Below the pieces are notes generated by a model. That model saw only the letters and a program-made list of their open reading frames with translations, did no database searches and had not been told where the DNA came from. From contig BK006941.2 in NCBI GenBank assembly GCA_000146045.2, forward strand, positions 192,001-256,000: 64,000 nucleotides of DNA. Reading direction: 5' to 3'. The translations under genes and the position numbers were made by a program. Below are positions 40,450 through 53,642 of this stretch, one piece after another. Each line of letters begins with the position of its first letter. The first letter of the stretch is position 1. Origin of the DNA: TPA_inf: Saccharomyces (lineage: Eukaryota).

Positions 40450-42507
40450 TCATTGTACCAAATCACTATTCATTTCTTCAAACCGAAGGACCTCATCATT
40501 CGGATCTTCCGAGGCATTTCTCCTGTCGATTACGGCGCTAAATCCTCTTTTAGCTAACGCCTCGACTATTTCACCAACAGTTGATATCATTCCCGTAGGA
40601 CCTTCGTCAAAGACTCCGTTTGTTTCAACCTTATTCAACCATCCATATTCTTGAGGAATGTTTTCAGCTTTCCTATACTTTTTCTTTCCTTCGGTTACGC
40701 TCTGAATAGGTTCAACAACTTGTGTGGAATTGATATCGTCATTTTCATCGTTATCGTCATCGTCATCACCATTGAAGTGGACATCTATCAGATGATCGAT
40801 AACGGGCCAACCGTATGCGTTGGCAAACTTTCTTCGGACTATAATGTTGTTGTGAGCGTCAGGTTTTAAAGCAACGACAACCTTTCTCCATGCCATTCCT
40901 TCATGCCACCTTCGAGCAATCGTTTCTTCCAAATTTCGATACTTCGCACGTTCTTTCTTTCCTGCAAAAAAAGCCTGAAGGAGTATATTCTTTTTACCAA
41001 AAAAACCGTCTTCGATATCAAATTCGGATTGTGGAATGTCATCCTCATTGTATATCTTATCATGAATAATTACAGGATCTCTTGAATCTGGATCCATTAT
41101 GTACGCTCTTTCAGGTAAAGGAGGAAGGAGAATTGAGCTTGCTGACTCGAAAAATGATACTTTAGGAATTTCGGAACCATTCTCCGTAGGAAACTTTTGT
41201 GGCGCCAGTATACTCAACATTTTAGTCAGAGGCGAAATGAAAGTTTTATTGAAGAAATCTTGATTCACAGGTGTTGAAGCATCATTTATTAGCGGTGATT
41301 TTTTGCTGTTCTCCTTTAGTTTCTGTAATTGCTCCAAGATATCATTATAGTCTAGGAACAATAGCGATGCGGTATACAATGGGACAATTCCGTCATTAAT
41401 AGCGTTCGCATATACTGTCCTCCTTTTGAACCTACGCAAAATCTCTATCAAGGGCAGACCAGATAGCAAGTAGAGAAGCGGTTTGCCTACTTCAACATCA
41501 TTTTCCAAACCCAAGTCTTGACCTGTTTTTCCAATAACCCCGAATGAAAGTAGTACTTTAATATAGGCGGGATTATCTGTGACTATACCTAAAAGCGGTG
41601 AAGCTAAAGTAATAAAATTTATTGGATTCACCTTTTTAAAAAACCAAGGGTAGACTTCATAAATGTACGCTATTGCGAAAGCCTGGATTAGGCCACCCAA
41701 TGAATGACCTACAAAAGAAATCTTGCGGATGGATTCATCGTACAAATCCTGGATAATATATTCGGCCAAACGAGTACCTAAATACTTAACTCCCTTCTCA
41801 GTTTGACAGACATTTCCCCTATAACCTTTCACAACAATTTGTTCGTGGGGATAATTCTTTTGTGCTTTGTATATCTGTTCCATAATATACACTAGATCGG
41901 TCGACACATTAGAATGTAAACCATGTGTCAAAACTACAAGATGTTTCTTTTTCTGTGGTGTGGTAATCTGAACGGGAAGATTCCACAAATCCAAGGTAGT
42001 TAACCTGTTCACTGTAAGTTTAGGGCTATAAGAACCTAGATGAGATGGCAGATCATGCGGATTTTCTACTGACTCTTTACTAGTTCCAATAGTGACTTCG
42101 TAAGTGACGTTCGTATTTGTAGTGAACAATATTTGACTCATCACATCAGCAATCCATACGTATTTCTGTCGTATGTTATGTACTGAAAGTTCAGCCACGA
42201 AATCTTGTTGAGTTTGCACATTCGGTTCAAATTTGGGGTAATCAACTGAAGCAACTATTTTTTGGGAATGATGATATTGGGCAGTTTTTACATCGCAATA
42301 AAGCATGAATGGACCCATTAGGTACGCAGCTCTATACGATAACGGATTCATATTTCTCACCTTTAACCACAAGGAATTTAAATTCAAATCTGGTGGAATT
42401 TCCTCACCGTCATAAAGATGATAAGTAATTACATATCTCTCAAGTTCACCAACCTTCACTGAAGACTTGTAATGAAACAATATTTCATTAGTTGGTGTCA
42501 GAGACAT
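40450..42507 (-). CDS. ROG1: ROG1, a putative lipase of the DUF676 / alpha/beta-hydrolase family (685 aa)
   Basis: The ORF track gives 688 aa from an upstream Met. The annotated start MSLTPTNEILFHY at 42507 gives 685 aa. It has the GHSLGG lipase nucleophile-elbow motif and an Asp-rich tract (GDDDDDNDENDD). Confidence 0.85.
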   Translation of the reverse strand: MSLTPTNEILFHYKSSVKVGELERYVITYHLYDGEEIPPDLNLNSLWLKVRNMNPLSYRAAYLMGPFMLYCDVKTAQYHHSQKIVASVDYPKFEPNVQTQQDFVAELSVHNIRQKYVWIADVMSQILFTTNTNVTYEVTIGTSKESVENPHDLPSHLGSYSPKLTVNRLTTLDLWNLPVQITTPQKKKHLVVLTHGLHSNVSTDLVYIMEQIYKAQKNYPHEQIVVKGYRGNVCQTEKGVKYLGTRLAEYIIQDLYDESIRKISFVGHSLGGLIQAFAIAYIYEVYPWFFKKVNPINFITLASPLLGIVTDNPAYIKVLLSFGVIGKTGQDLGLENDVEVGKPLLYLLSGLPLIEILRRFKRRTVYANAINDGIVPLYTASLLFLDYNDILEQLQKLKENSKKSPLINDASTPVNQDFFNKTFISPLTKMLSILAPQKFPTENGSEIPKVSFFESASSILLPPLPERAYIMDPDSRDPVIIHDKIYNEDDIPQSEFDIEDGFFGKKNILLQAFFAGKKERAKYRNLEETIARRWHEGMAWRKVVVALKPDAHNNIIVRRKFANAYGWPVIDHLIDVHFNGDDDDDNDENDDINSTQVVEPIQSVTEGKKKYRKAENIPQEYGWLNKVETNGVFDEGPTGMISTVGEIVEALAKRGFSAVIDRRNASEDPNDEVLRFEEMNSDLVQ

Positions 42508-42716
42508 CTTGAGCAAAACACGGTTCGTACTTCACTCTCTTTGTGTACTATTCTTACTGAACTGTTGAGGCGGTACAATTTATTTCACAGAGTTTTGCAT
42601 ATTTCGGGCATCTACTATGTGCGTCAGTTCTTACGTGGCGCAGAACAATAGAAAAGAAGATTTACAGAAGTGATAGATACGATATGATATTTACAAGAAA
42701 CGAAAAGTTACGTTCG

Positions 42717-43958
42717 TCAGTTACTCTCCAATAATTCTTTTGCCCGTTCGGTGCTATCATATTTAGACATTGCCTCAATAACTTCGTCCAATCGTTCTCC
42801 AGATAACACACCTGGCAGGTCCAACAATGTGAACCCGCACCTATGATCAGTGATTCTGTTCTGTGGAAAATTGTATGTTCTAATTTTATCAGACCTATTG
42901 GTGCTAGAAACCTGACTCTTTCTTGCTTTTCTTTCTTTTTCCTCCTTTTCCAGCCTTTCCTTCTCTGCAAGTCTCGCTCTTAAGATCGTAAATGCTTTAG
43001 CCTTATTCTTGTGTTGAGATCTTTCATCTTGCATGGAAACAACAATTCCAGAGGGGATATGGGTTAATCTGACAGCAGAGTCTGTCGTATTCACATGTTG
43101 ACCACCTTTCCCGCTTGCACGCATGATGTCAACTCTGATTTCACCAGGTTTAAATGTTCTTTCATAAGCGTCAATAGATTTAGCAGATTCGTCACCAATT
43201 TGAGGTAACACAACCACGGCAGCAGTGGATGTGTGCGTCCTTCCTTTAGTCTCCGTACTAGGAATTCTCTGCACCCTGTGAACGCCTGCTTCAAACCTCA
43301 AACGATCGTAAGATCCGGCTTCTTCAATGCTCAGAATGGCATCGATAATGCCTGACCCACTTTCGTTTTCATTTTTCGATATAATTCGATACTTCCATTT
43401 TCTATAGTTGGCATAGCCAATATACATATCCAATAGATTCTGGGTAAAAATCATGGCTTCAATGCCACCTACACCCGGTCGAAGCTCTAGTAAGCTAGGT
43501 TTATCTGCGAACGGATGCGGTGGAAGAAGTTTATTTACCAATCTTGAGGAGGTCGTTTCATATTGGGGGACCAGTTCTGCATATTCTTGTTCAGCCTCCG
43601 CCCTTAATGATGGATCAGATACAATCATTTCTTGTAAACTTTTCAATTCATTTAGTTTTTCCTTATACTCAATAAATGTATCAGTGAGCGCTGATAATTT
43701 AGCATAATGTTTCTGCTTATTCACGTCAAAATGAATGCCGCAAGAAAGGTCTTTGTCAAGATCTTTTAGTTCAGCTTCATACTTTTCCGCTTGCTTAACA
43801 AGTAACGGAGAGAGTTCTGTGTATTGTGTTGGGATGCTGCCGTTGCTCTTAGAGTTAGTCGTTGTTGATGTCAGTCGCACTAGTAACGGCAACTTGTGAC
43901 CCAAAAAAACACCCTTAAAGATGGACCTCGAGGGGAACTGGAACTTTGAAAGCCACAT
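42717..43958 (-). CDS. MRF1: MRF1, the mitochondrial class I peptide-chain release factor (413 aa)
   Basis: The ORF is 413 aa. The universal GGQ motif ([16 protein letters not shown]), PxT-like decoding region and N-terminal presequence-like start are present. Confidence 0.95.
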   Translation of the reverse strand: MWLSKFQFPSRSIFKGVFLGHKLPLLVRLTSTTTNSKSNGSIPTQYTELSPLLVKQAEKYEAELKDLDKDLSCGIHFDVNKQKHYAKLSALTDTFIEYKEKLNELKSLQEMIVSDPSLRAEAEQEYAELVPQYETTSSRLVNKLLPPHPFADKPSLLELRPGVGGIEAMIFTQNLLDMYIGYANYRKWKYRIISKNENESGSGIIDAILSIEEAGSYDRLRFEAGVHRVQRIPSTETKGRTHTSTAAVVVLPQIGDESAKSIDAYERTFKPGEIRVDIMRASGKGGQHVNTTDSAVRLTHIPSGIVVSMQDERSQHKNKAKAFTILRARLAEKERLEKEEKERKARKSQVSSTNRSDKIRTYNFPQNRITDHRCGFTLLDLPGVLSGERLDEVIEAMSKYDSTERAKELLESN

Positions 43959-44268
43959 GCTTGCACCAATGAAATATATTGTTCTGCTCTACGAACTTTT
44001 CATTCCTGAGATATTATAAAACATATGATACGCACTATTAACGCTCTGTATTTATCCTCCGAGCGAGCAAATCCTCCTAACAAGTATATGAAATACACAA
44101 TTACTCAGCCTAGTACAGATGGCACAACGAGAAGTAACACATATATTTTCTGAGAGGCCTTATTGCATAATTATACACATATATTAATATCATGTAGTAA
44201 ATAAATCACTAATAATTAAAGGCTTTTTCGCGAAATGAAGTAAACTGATAAGTGAAGAATACACAAAT

Positions 44269-46119
44269 TTAAATATCTGCCGCTGGAATATCGCTATAAT
44301 CGAATGGTAATTTATAATAAATTATTATGTCTCCTGATCTTCTTGAATCCCAGTGCGCAAGAGAGTTGAAGAATCTATTGTATTCAATGTATGATGAATC
44401 TTTCAGGAAATCCTTTAGAAATGCGTTTTCCATGTGCTCGAAAACAACCAAATATGTTGGCCATTCGTGGCTGTATGTTTTACCTGGACTCCTTAGATCC
44501 TTACGAAAAGGCGGTGGGAAATTTTTGTAAATGAATGCCGATATATCGTCATACAAATGGTCACTTTCATCCATGTAGGTCTCTAGTTTGGAGTAAGCCT
44601 CTGGGTCTCCAAGTAAATGCAATGGAGGGTTACAAGTAATCGACCACAGATCTTGAATGTCACTGCGGTGTAAATAGCTTTGACCAGGTGTCGAATGACA
44701 GGGCATTATGAATCCCAAACTATCTATTTCTGGCTCTTCATGTAAAAATTTCATAACTTCGATAGATCCAGATTCGTGGAATGTGTCCAAAAGTAATGCG
44801 ATGAACACCGACACGAATGGAACAAGCCAGAGTAAAGATTTTAGGCCAGATAGTCTTTTCCAATAATCTCTATCAAGTCTCAAAAGGCCAAATGATGATA
44901 TTAATATGAAAAGTGGCTGTAATGGGAAGATGAACCTAAATTCCTTATGAGGTAACGTAGAGTACACCAACAGATTCAACAAGATAGTGAGTTTCACTTG
45001 GAAAAACGGGTTTAAATACTTCTTTGGGAAACTCCTTTTGCTTAGTGGAAAAAATAATCCAAATGCAAAAGCGGGAATACTTGCACCTAATACGATAGGT
45101 AAGCTTTGAAAGAAATGAAAATGCCAAGGAGCTACCCCATAAAACTTTGATAATGGTGTTGTGAAATTGAATTTTAGAAATCGGAAAAAGGGAAACGTTA
45201 CTTTTTCATAAAAATACATGTCGATAATTGCATTTGCAGTAAATACCAGAAAAAAAGACCGTAAAACTTTGGAAAATGTGATGAAAAGTAAATGATACTG
45301 CTTTTTGCCTACCAAGTTTAATATTAGGGAAATGCTGGGAATTACCCAAATAAGTCCACTGCTGGGTCTTTGCAAACATGCCAGAAATGCAAAAATAAGC
45401 GACTTAGTAAAAGATGACTCTTTTATCATTTGTCCGCCTGTCCAGTCCCAGTAGTAGAGGGCAATAGAAGTTAAAATCATTTCAAAAGAGTTGATGAACG
45501 TTCTTGTAATAAAAAAGCAATTAAAAAAATTAGTTAAACTTAAAAGCAGTGCAAACTTCGTAATCTCGGATAAACCGCTGCGTCTCTCCTCTTCCTCCTT
45601 CTCGTTTCTCTTATCAAGTGTAAGTAAATAGAGCTTTTGAACAAATCTTACGATATAATATTCCCCTATGGAAGCTAGTACTGCCATAACTATTTTTGGC
45701 GCATATATCACACCATAATATTCGAACGACCGTGTGACATCAAAAGGAAGCCTCTTCAAGTCTTCAGCGACTTGCCAACTTAACTCATATTTCGGCAGTA
45801 GTAAAATTAATAAATCAGACCCTATCGTTGAGAGAAGAAGAAGTGCATAGTGAAGAAGGATTGACGATAGAGAAACCAATCTATAAGTCAGCTCAAAAAT
45901 CATCGGAAATAAATAGCTACGAACTCCGAATTTCCATTCCCAAGTCAGTTCACCATACTTGAAAGCCTTCCAATGTGCCGGCTCCAATGCTTGCCAAAAC
46001 TCATCAGCCTGAAAGAAGGTTCTCGTCAGAACTGCATTCAGTACTCTAAAGGCTAGAAAAACCCAAAATATTTGGGTCCGTCCTAGTTTAGGTTTTATTC
46101 TATGAACCTCGTGAGCCAT
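44269..46119 (-). CDS. GPI10: GPI10, the GPI mannosyltransferase III (PIG-B homolog) of the ER membrane (616 aa)
   Basis: The ORF is 616 aa. It is a polytopic GT22-family protein beginning MAHEVHRIKPKLGRTQIFWVFLAFRVLNAVLTRTFFQADEFWQ. Confidence 0.9.
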   Translation of the reverse strand: MAHEVHRIKPKLGRTQIFWVFLAFRVLNAVLTRTFFQADEFWQALEPAHWKAFKYGELTWEWKFGVRSYLFPMIFELTYRLVSLSSILLHYALLLLSTIGSDLLILLLPKYELSWQVAEDLKRLPFDVTRSFEYYGVIYAPKIVMAVLASIGEYYIVRFVQKLYLLTLDKRNEKEEEERRSGLSEITKFALLLSLTNFFNCFFITRTFINSFEMILTSIALYYWDWTGGQMIKESSFTKSLIFAFLACLQRPSSGLIWVIPSISLILNLVGKKQYHLLFITFSKVLRSFFLVFTANAIIDMYFYEKVTFPFFRFLKFNFTTPLSKFYGVAPWHFHFFQSLPIVLGASIPAFAFGLFFPLSKRSFPKKYLNPFFQVKLTILLNLLVYSTLPHKEFRFIFPLQPLFILISSFGLLRLDRDYWKRLSGLKSLLWLVPFVSVFIALLLDTFHESGSIEVMKFLHEEPEIDSLGFIMPCHSTPGQSYLHRSDIQDLWSITCNPPLHLLGDPEAYSKLETYMDESDHLYDDISAFIYKNFPPPFRKDLRSPGKTYSHEWPTYLVVFEHMENAFLKDFLKDSSYIEYNRFFNSLAHWDSRRSGDIIIYYKLPFDYSDIPAADI

Positions 46120-46352
46120 TGAAAGTTAGATATTATGTTGGATTACACAATCCTACACTATCTTAATGCCTTTTATCTTTTTCCGTTCCTCATGGTGTGA
46201 ATGGCTTGAATTTCTTTTACCTTAAAAGTTCGCCTTTTCCGCACTATAACGATCTCACTTAAACTTTTAAGGATGACTCGCCTATAACTTCATTCGAGTG
46301 GCAAAGCGTTATAATTTATCTCAAGCAGCATTTCAAAGGATTCTGACTTAAA

Positions 46353-49085
46353 ATGTTAAACTTCACCGGTCAAACAAGGAGAAGAAATGTCAATTTAGGG
46401 AATAGGACTCGAAATTCAAAGAAGGATTTACTGGAAAAGGCCAAAAGGGAACGTGAAAGGAGAGCACAAGATAAGCTCAAAGAAGACGCCAGTAAAACCA
46501 TTCAAAAAAGCATCAGAAGACATTTTTCAAATGTGAGACTCTTCAAAAACACATTTACTAGTTCGCAACTTGTTCATATGATACCAGCTTACGGGGGCAA
46601 ATTAATCTATTACATTTCTCAATATGATCTGCAGCAACTGCTAAAATTATCTCATAATTTTTTGAGTTCTTATCCTAATTCTTTAGGCAACAGACAGCTA
46701 TTGAGCTTGTTGAAGCTATATCAAGATGATGCACTGGTGGCTGAAACTCTAAGCGATCTTAACATGGACTGCCCTACAGTTGACGAATTTTTAGATAGTC
46801 TATCCGTTTATCTCTGTCGGGCTTCCTTTTTGAGTTATTCCTCAGCTTCTAAGCTAGCTGATGTCATAGAAGCATGGGAAGTAATGCATAGCAGTGCCTC
46901 CATTAGTATTTTTTCGATATCGATAGGATCTTACGAAAAACGGCCATTTGCACTACAGTTTTATTGCATACTTGCCGAAAGAAACCTTTTGCCCCAACTT
47001 ATCAACACAAATCCGATATTATGGGATAACATGGCAAAGACATATTCACACTGTAGTAAAGGTGGCCAAAAAAATATCGCCAAGCTACTCATACCAAACT
47101 TCAACAATCATATTGCTCCATCAGTCTTGCGTAGTGATAACGACTATGTCTTGAAATTTTATGAAAAGGCATTTATAGACGAAGTTATTGCTACTACTGC
47201 AAATTACGTTTCTGATGAAGATCACGTGAAGAATTTGATGTGCTACATTGCAAGCTCTCCCAATCAAAGCTGTAAGAATTCTGTCCTTATTACCTTACTG
47301 TCTAACAAAGACTTCGTGAGAAGGCTCTCATGGGAATTCTTTCACACTAAATTCAACGCCAGCAAGACTGAGGCTCACCCCCTGTTTTCAGTTTTGGCAC
47401 AGCTTATCGACATGCACCTTTTAATATCGACAGATCGGGAGTTATTAGACTACAACTCTGTGATACCTATCGAAGAACTAAAGAAATTTACATCCACGTT
47501 AAAAGATTTTACTTTCCGACAATATTGGGAACTACCTAAAAGTGAAAGGAACCCTATGTTAAAGGAAGCAGTACCACTTTTGAGCAAAGTCTACGAAAGG
47601 GACTCAAGATTGCACTTTCTATCCACGGAGAATAATCCAACCTATTGGGAAAACTCTGAAAAGCAATTTTTAAATTTGAGATTTTACGAAGAATTACAGG
47701 AGTACGAAGATCTGTATAGAGAACACTTAGAAGAGGAAAGTGATGAGGATATGGAAAAGGAAATAGATCTTGATAAAGAAAGGCCTCCTTTGAAGTCTTT
47801 ATTATTGAACAAAATGAAAAAGAGATTAAAGTCATCATTACGTTTCCGAAAGTTGGAAATACTTTTGGAATTACCATTTTTTATTCCTTTTGAAGAAAGG
47901 GTGGACTTATTTTATATGTTCATCGCACTGGACAAGAAGCGATTATCTTTAGATGACGATCACAACTTGATCAATATGTTTACCCCCTGGGCCTCCACCG
48001 GTATGAGGAAGCAATCCGCTATCATCTCTAGGGATAATGTCTTAGAAGATGCTTTCAACGCATTTAACTCTATAGGAGAAAGGTTCAAAGCTTCATTAGA
48101 TGTTACTTTTATTAATGAATTTGGTGAAGAAGCTGGTATTGATGGGGGCGGCATTACCAAGGAATTTTTAACTACTGTGTCTGATGAAGGATTTAAAGAT
48201 CCAAAGCACGAGTTATTTCGGACGAATGATCGCTACGAATTATATCCTTCTGTTGTTTATGACGCTACGAAACTTAAGTATATATGGTTTCTGGGAAAGG
48301 TTGTAGGCAAATGTCTATATGAGCATGTTTTGATAGATGTATCTTTTGCTGATTTCTTTTTGAAAAAATTATTGAATTACTCGAACGGGTTTTTATCTTC
48401 TTTTTCTGATCTGGGAAGCTATGATTCGGTGTTGTATAATAATTTGATCAAATTATTGAACATGACCACTGACGAGATCAAGTCTTTAGATTTAACCTTT
48501 GAAATAGATGAGCCTGAAAGTTCCGCAAAAGTTGTTGACTTAATTCCGAATGGTTCAAAAACGTACGTGACGAAGGATAATGTGTTGCTCTACGTTACTA
48601 AAGTAACGGATTACAAATTAAACAAAAGATGCTTCAAACCAGTTTCGGCATTCCATGGAGGGCTCAGTGTTATCATTGCCCCACATTGGATGGAGATGTT
48701 TAACTCTATAGAACTACAAATGTTAATATCAGGTGAGAGAGATAATATCGATTTAGACGATCTGAAATCTAACACAGAATACGGGGGTTATAAAGAAGAA
48801 GATCAGACAATTGTTGATTTTTGGGAGGTTTTGAATGAGTTTAAGTTTGAAGAGAAATTGAATTTTTTGAAATTTGTCACGTCCGTTCCGCAAGCTCCTC
48901 TGCAAGGCTTCAAGGCATTAGATCCAAAATTTGGTATCAGAAATGCAGGGACAGAGAAATACAGGCTGCCTACGGCATCTACCTGTGTTAATTTATTAAA
49001 ATTGCCAGATTATAGAAACAAAACAATTTTGAGAGAGAAATTATTATATGCAATAAACTCAGGCGCCAGGTTTGACTTATCATAA
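46353..49085 (+). CDS. HUL5: HUL5, a HECT-domain E3/E4 ubiquitin ligase (910 aa)
   Basis: The ORF is 910 aa. The C-terminal HECT domain has the catalytic Cys context (LPTASTCVNLLKLPDY) and GEEAGIDGGGITKEF. Confidence 0.95.
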   Translation: MLNFTGQTRRRNVNLGNRTRNSKKDLLEKAKRERERRAQDKLKEDASKTIQKSIRRHFSNVRLFKNTFTSSQLVHMIPAYGGKLIYYISQYDLQQLLKLSHNFLSSYPNSLGNRQLLSLLKLYQDDALVAETLSDLNMDCPTVDEFLDSLSVYLCRASFLSYSSASKLADVIEAWEVMHSSASISIFSISIGSYEKRPFALQFYCILAERNLLPQLINTNPILWDNMAKTYSHCSKGGQKNIAKLLIPNFNNHIAPSVLRSDNDYVLKFYEKAFIDEVIATTANYVSDEDHVKNLMCYIASSPNQSCKNSVLITLLSNKDFVRRLSWEFFHTKFNASKTEAHPLFSVLAQLIDMHLLISTDRELLDYNSVIPIEELKKFTSTLKDFTFRQYWELPKSERNPMLKEAVPLLSKVYERDSRLHFLSTENNPTYWENSEKQFLNLRFYEELQEYEDLYREHLEEESDEDMEKEIDLDKERPPLKSLLLNKMKKRLKSSLRFRKLEILLELPFFIPFEERVDLFYMFIALDKKRLSLDDDHNLINMFTPWASTGMRKQSAIISRDNVLEDAFNAFNSIGERFKASLDVTFINEFGEEAGIDGGGITKEFLTTVSDEGFKDPKHELFRTNDRYELYPSVVYDATKLKYIWFLGKVVGKCLYEHVLIDVSFADFFLKKLLNYSNGFLSSFSDLGSYDSVLYNNLIKLLNMTTDEIKSLDLTFEIDEPESSAKVVDLIPNGSKTYVTKDNVLLYVTKVTDYKLNKRCFKPVSAFHGGLSVIIAPHWMEMFNSIELQMLISGERDNIDLDDLKSNTEYGGYKEEDQTIVDFWEVLNEFKFEEKLNFLKFVTSVPQAPLQGFKALDPKFGIRNAGTEKYRLPTASTCVNLLKLPDYRNKTILREKLLYAINSGARFDLS

Positions 49086-49352
49086 TTCCCAGAAGATTAG
49101 GGAGGTAATTAATTAATAGGCAGATTTCTAGTTCTTATATATTACTATAGATAAGGAAATTATACGCTTGTATGCAGAGATAATTTAAGTTTTGCTTTGT
49201 TCGCCACCATTCTAGTTATGACCTTTATCTATCATTCTATTTTTTATTGGAAAGGCTTTACAAAAAACAAACAGTAAAAATTCTTTAAGCGAAGTGAAAT
49301 CGACAATGAATATGAAATTGGTAATTATCTTACATTAGGACTTTTCAATATC

Positions 49353-52300
49353 TTAGTCCTTCTTTTCTTTCATGTGACTTAGCACCATTTTCAAAGCTAA
49401 TGGCAAATCATCATCAGAGCTTTCATCATCATCGTTCAGATAATTAGGATCCGCATTACCAAGGGTGCTGTGTCTGCTTAAGCTTGAAAGTTGGCCGGAG
49501 GTAGAAGTAATGGAAAATGCTCTATTTCTAAATGTCTTTGGTAAGCCATCCGCGTTTTGGCCTGCTTTATGAGAAGCAATCCGTAATAAATTCAACGCTG
49601 CCGGATTATCATTTTTTTCGTATGCCACTGGACATTCCGGCTCATAACTTCTTGTGGAATCAGGAGAAATTTGAGATTCATTAGAATTTGTACTTTGTAA
49701 ACTTTCATTTCCTTCGGAAATGATGGAAGTACCATCAAATGGGGTCCGATTGCGCCGTGTATTCATAGGATTGCTTTTCCCGTTAATGAAATTATCAAAT
49801 CCTGTTACTGCCTCTGCAGCCCAGTCCTCGTAAAGTGGACGCGATAAAAACCCGTATTTAAACTCATTTACACCGACCAGAATTTTAGTTAAATTCAACA
49901 GCTCTTCAATATACTCAATTATTTCTTCCGATGCAGCACTAGATGCGTTCCAACTTAAAAATTTTTCTTTTAAAACATATTCATGAGGATTAGCTGTTGT
50001 GTTGGCCTGTCCCCTTCTATTCATTTTCATTACCAAACCTTCGTTATCATCGTCATCTTCATCCTTGCCGTCAGCGTAATCTCCTTCATTTGGCTTTCTT
50101 GCTTTATCACTTAAATTTGAAATCTGCCCAGGATATCTTATTCGCAGAGTTTGGCGCACTTTATTAATCAGCCTTCTATGTGCAATTCTTGCGCTGGGCA
50201 AAAATTGCGGTAACGGGGTCTTATTTATAAATGCCTCTTGAAGTGCTCTCATTAGGCAAGAAATACTTCCAACCATTTGGCGTCGATATGGATATACAAC
50301 ACTGTTAAATTCTTCAATAACCGCACTTCCATTTTGCTTTCTCAGCAAGGAAATTGTATCTATCCTCTCTATTATTTGCTTCTGAATAAATATAACTTGA
50401 GTGAAAACATTTTCCAACTCGGTATATTCACCCTTTAATCTCGGCTCTTGTCTGGTTAGTCCTTTATAGGCCGTAGCACGGGCTAACGCCTCTTTAGCAC
50501 TTTTTGATATCTTTTCGATTTTTTTGTATTTCTCTTCACTCATACTACTTGCGACTTGCTCTCCTTCCAGTCCGGTGGCGTAGAGAAGTTCCATTTCCGA
50601 TATACAGCCACAGACAAAAGAAATCTCTTCATTTAATTGTTCCCGTGCCTTCAATGGAAAGAAAAAGACTTGAACTATTAATGCTACCCCTCCACCATAG
50701 CCGACAGCTAAACATCTCTTGGCGAAACTAGTCAATATATCATCTTGGGAGGGAAGTATTGCTGCAAGCATAACAATATAAATACTAATAATTTCAATAA
50801 TTGCAGCCTTCACATAGGGTGTGCCTAATAAATAGTAAAACCCAGGAATGGCTCCAAAAACTGTGATGACTGTCTCCAAATATGGATTGGTTTGGTTGAC
50901 AGCAGCAACATAGGAAAGATAACCCCAGGCTGCTCCAAAAATAACCCCCACAGCACGCAAAAAGAAGACCCAGAACGTACCTCCTACGGAAGGTTCCAAA
51001 CAAAGTATGCACACGAAACCAATCCAGGTACCACGATAGTCTATGTACCACTGCCTTGTCTTTGGAATAAACATCGGAAATGAAGCCAGCATTAATGCAA
51101 TGGCTACCTGAAATCCAAATCTAAAGTGAGGATGTGACACTTCACAAAACTTATCAATTGAAATAAGCATGGACATAAAAGAAAATCTGCCTTGCCTCCT
51201 GGAAGTTCTATTAGTTCCGAACGTAGTTGTTTTCGTTAACGTTAATGGCGACGAAGAAGTGTCAGAGGTAGAAGATGAATTTCCTTTGGGTTCACTTGTC
51301 ATTGGCAGATCTAGCGATGCATCATCTTTTACAATGTTCTTATTCGATGAAACTTTTTGAGATAAAAGTTCATTCTCTTCATAATCAGGCCTTCTAATAA
51401 CTGTGTCATGAGCAAAACCATTAGTATTACCATTGAACGTACCCTTTAATGTATCATTTTCAGTCACTGAGTTCCTATCGCCTTTTAACCAGATAGAAAA
51501 TGTCTCGTAGTTGGTCAACACTAAAAACCAAAGTCTTTTGCCTCTCAGCCAGCCCTTCTTCTCTTGTATTTGACGTTTGACTAAAATGTCCTTGACGGAC
51601 TCCATAATTACCAAAGTTGAATCTGCAGTTTGCCTAAAATTTAGTAGAAAGCTAGACAACAAAAACATTTCATCACTAGGACTCATAATATCAATATCAA
51701 AACTTAACATTTCTGACTTGAATTTTGCTTTACATTCTTCTAACGCCTGCTTCAGGTCATTGATCTTGTTCTGGATGTCAACATCATTGGGCAGATTATT
51801 GGCGTTATTACTGAATGTTGGGAAGTTACCATCTTTGAACATTGAGCAGGAATGAACCCTTGAAACTTTCACATCAAATGCATGAGCAAGTACCAACTTT
51901 GCTATGTACATGCATTCACTCATTGTCCGGTGTAGACTATAAATCACTGGATGCAACTTGTCAATAACTTTCAACAACTTCTCAGCATTTGCAAAGCTGA
52001 TTTCTTTGTTCTTTGGCAGTGTCAAAGCTGCGACATCATCAGGCCTGAGCTTGTTATCATGTCTTGCCAATAAAATAAATTCTAATTGGCATGTATTAAC
52101 TAATCCATTAATGAAGACTGTCAAATTTTCCAAAGTAGATATGATTGGCTTTAGTTTAGTTGGCGAAACATAAGCGTAAGTAAACTCATAAATGCACTCG
52201 TGAAGTACTACTCGACAGTTGTTAACTTTAGAAGAAATCAGTGACTTCATCTTCAATAGCTTGCCTAACGAAACAGGATCTCTACTGTACAACTGGCTAC

Positions 52301-53012
52301 TATTGTGCGGGTCAACTGCAATGAAGAAATTTATCGAATAGTCAATGGACTTATGGAGCTCATTCATAGCATCAATAGTCGTATTACCCAAATATGTGGT
52401 ACCCCACTCAGGAAACAACACAAGATTCCAGAAAATCGACATTGCAATACCCAGGTAGAAAGGCGTACTATAAGCTTTAGCAATAGTGCCTGCTGTTTCA
52501 TTCAAAGGATCCATAAATGCGAAATGAACCACGACAAAAAGTGGGAAAACAATACCAAAGTAATAGTGTGATACAGATCTCATCCAACCATGAAAAAAAA
52601 GCATAATTACTTCGAAAACAGCCAAAATTGCTAATCCCGCTTCATATCTTTTATAGTGCAATACGTGCTGCTGTGCCTCTGTTAGCTCATGCCAAGAACT
52701 CCCTAAACATCGCTGCGCAAGGAACCGGCCGAAGATTGCGTAAGCTAGGCCAAATATCAATCCAGTTATGCAATAGATAGCACCATGGATAGTACCCCCG
52801 ACCCTTCTTCCAGGGTGAACAATAACAGAAATCATTGGCAGCATCGCAGGAGCTGCTCCCAAATGCGCAGTTATCTTAGGTATCAAGCAAAATATGAAAG
52901 CTACCGTAGTATTAACAGTCGATTTACATATTCTCTTCGCGAGGATTCTGTCACAGGGGAAATAATACAGCCATAACTTCTGAATCTTAGTCAACTTTGA
53001 TTTAAGCGACAT
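49353..53012 (-). CDS. YGL140C: YGL140C, a large polytopic membrane protein of unknown function (1219 aa)
   Basis: The ORF track gives 1221 aa. The annotated start is [14 protein letters not shown], which gives 1219 aa. Two hydrophobic multi-helix blocks (residues ~20-230 and ~620-800) are separated by a ~400-aa hydrophilic region. The C-terminus carries an acidic tail. Confidence 0.8.
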
Positions 53013-53641
53013 GGACAAATAATGAAGTCAAGCAATTGATGCAAAGGATAAGGAAGATTTTCTCGCTTGAAAATATGTTCTCTTCGAACTCCAGGATAGG
53101 ATAGGAATAAAGTAAAAATAGTGTATGATACGTAGTTAGGCCACAACCACAATTATAACCTCTCGATAGCAGGTGTTAATAGAGATGAAGGTAGATCCTG
53201 GATTTCTCTTTTCTTTCTTTAGACATCAAACTGGTAGTTCTTATCAGTCTCAGCCTTTTGAAGACCTATCAATTTTATGAGGAGGGTAATGGTTGCTTCC
53301 TTTTCCCTAGCAGCGGCCCATCGCTTTAGCTTCAAATAGTTGATTCCTTTAACTGTTGACTATGAAAAGGTAGTCTTCGTTGGGATTGGGGATAAAAGAA
53401 TATCTGAATACTGTTGCTGTCCGTGCCATTTACTAGCTTACGGACGCTATCAAATTAACTCAAAAACGCTTCTGTTCATCCGCTTTCCAGAAGATCAACG
53501 CTCAAAAGACAACAAAACAATTCGAAGACGTCATTCGTTATAGAGTGCCAATCAACATTGGTGGGTACTAGAAAACTTCTTTGCAAAGTATAGCTAAGAA
53601 AGGTCTTTTTATTTACGAGCGGGCCATAAATAAAAAAATTT

Positions 53642-53642
53642 C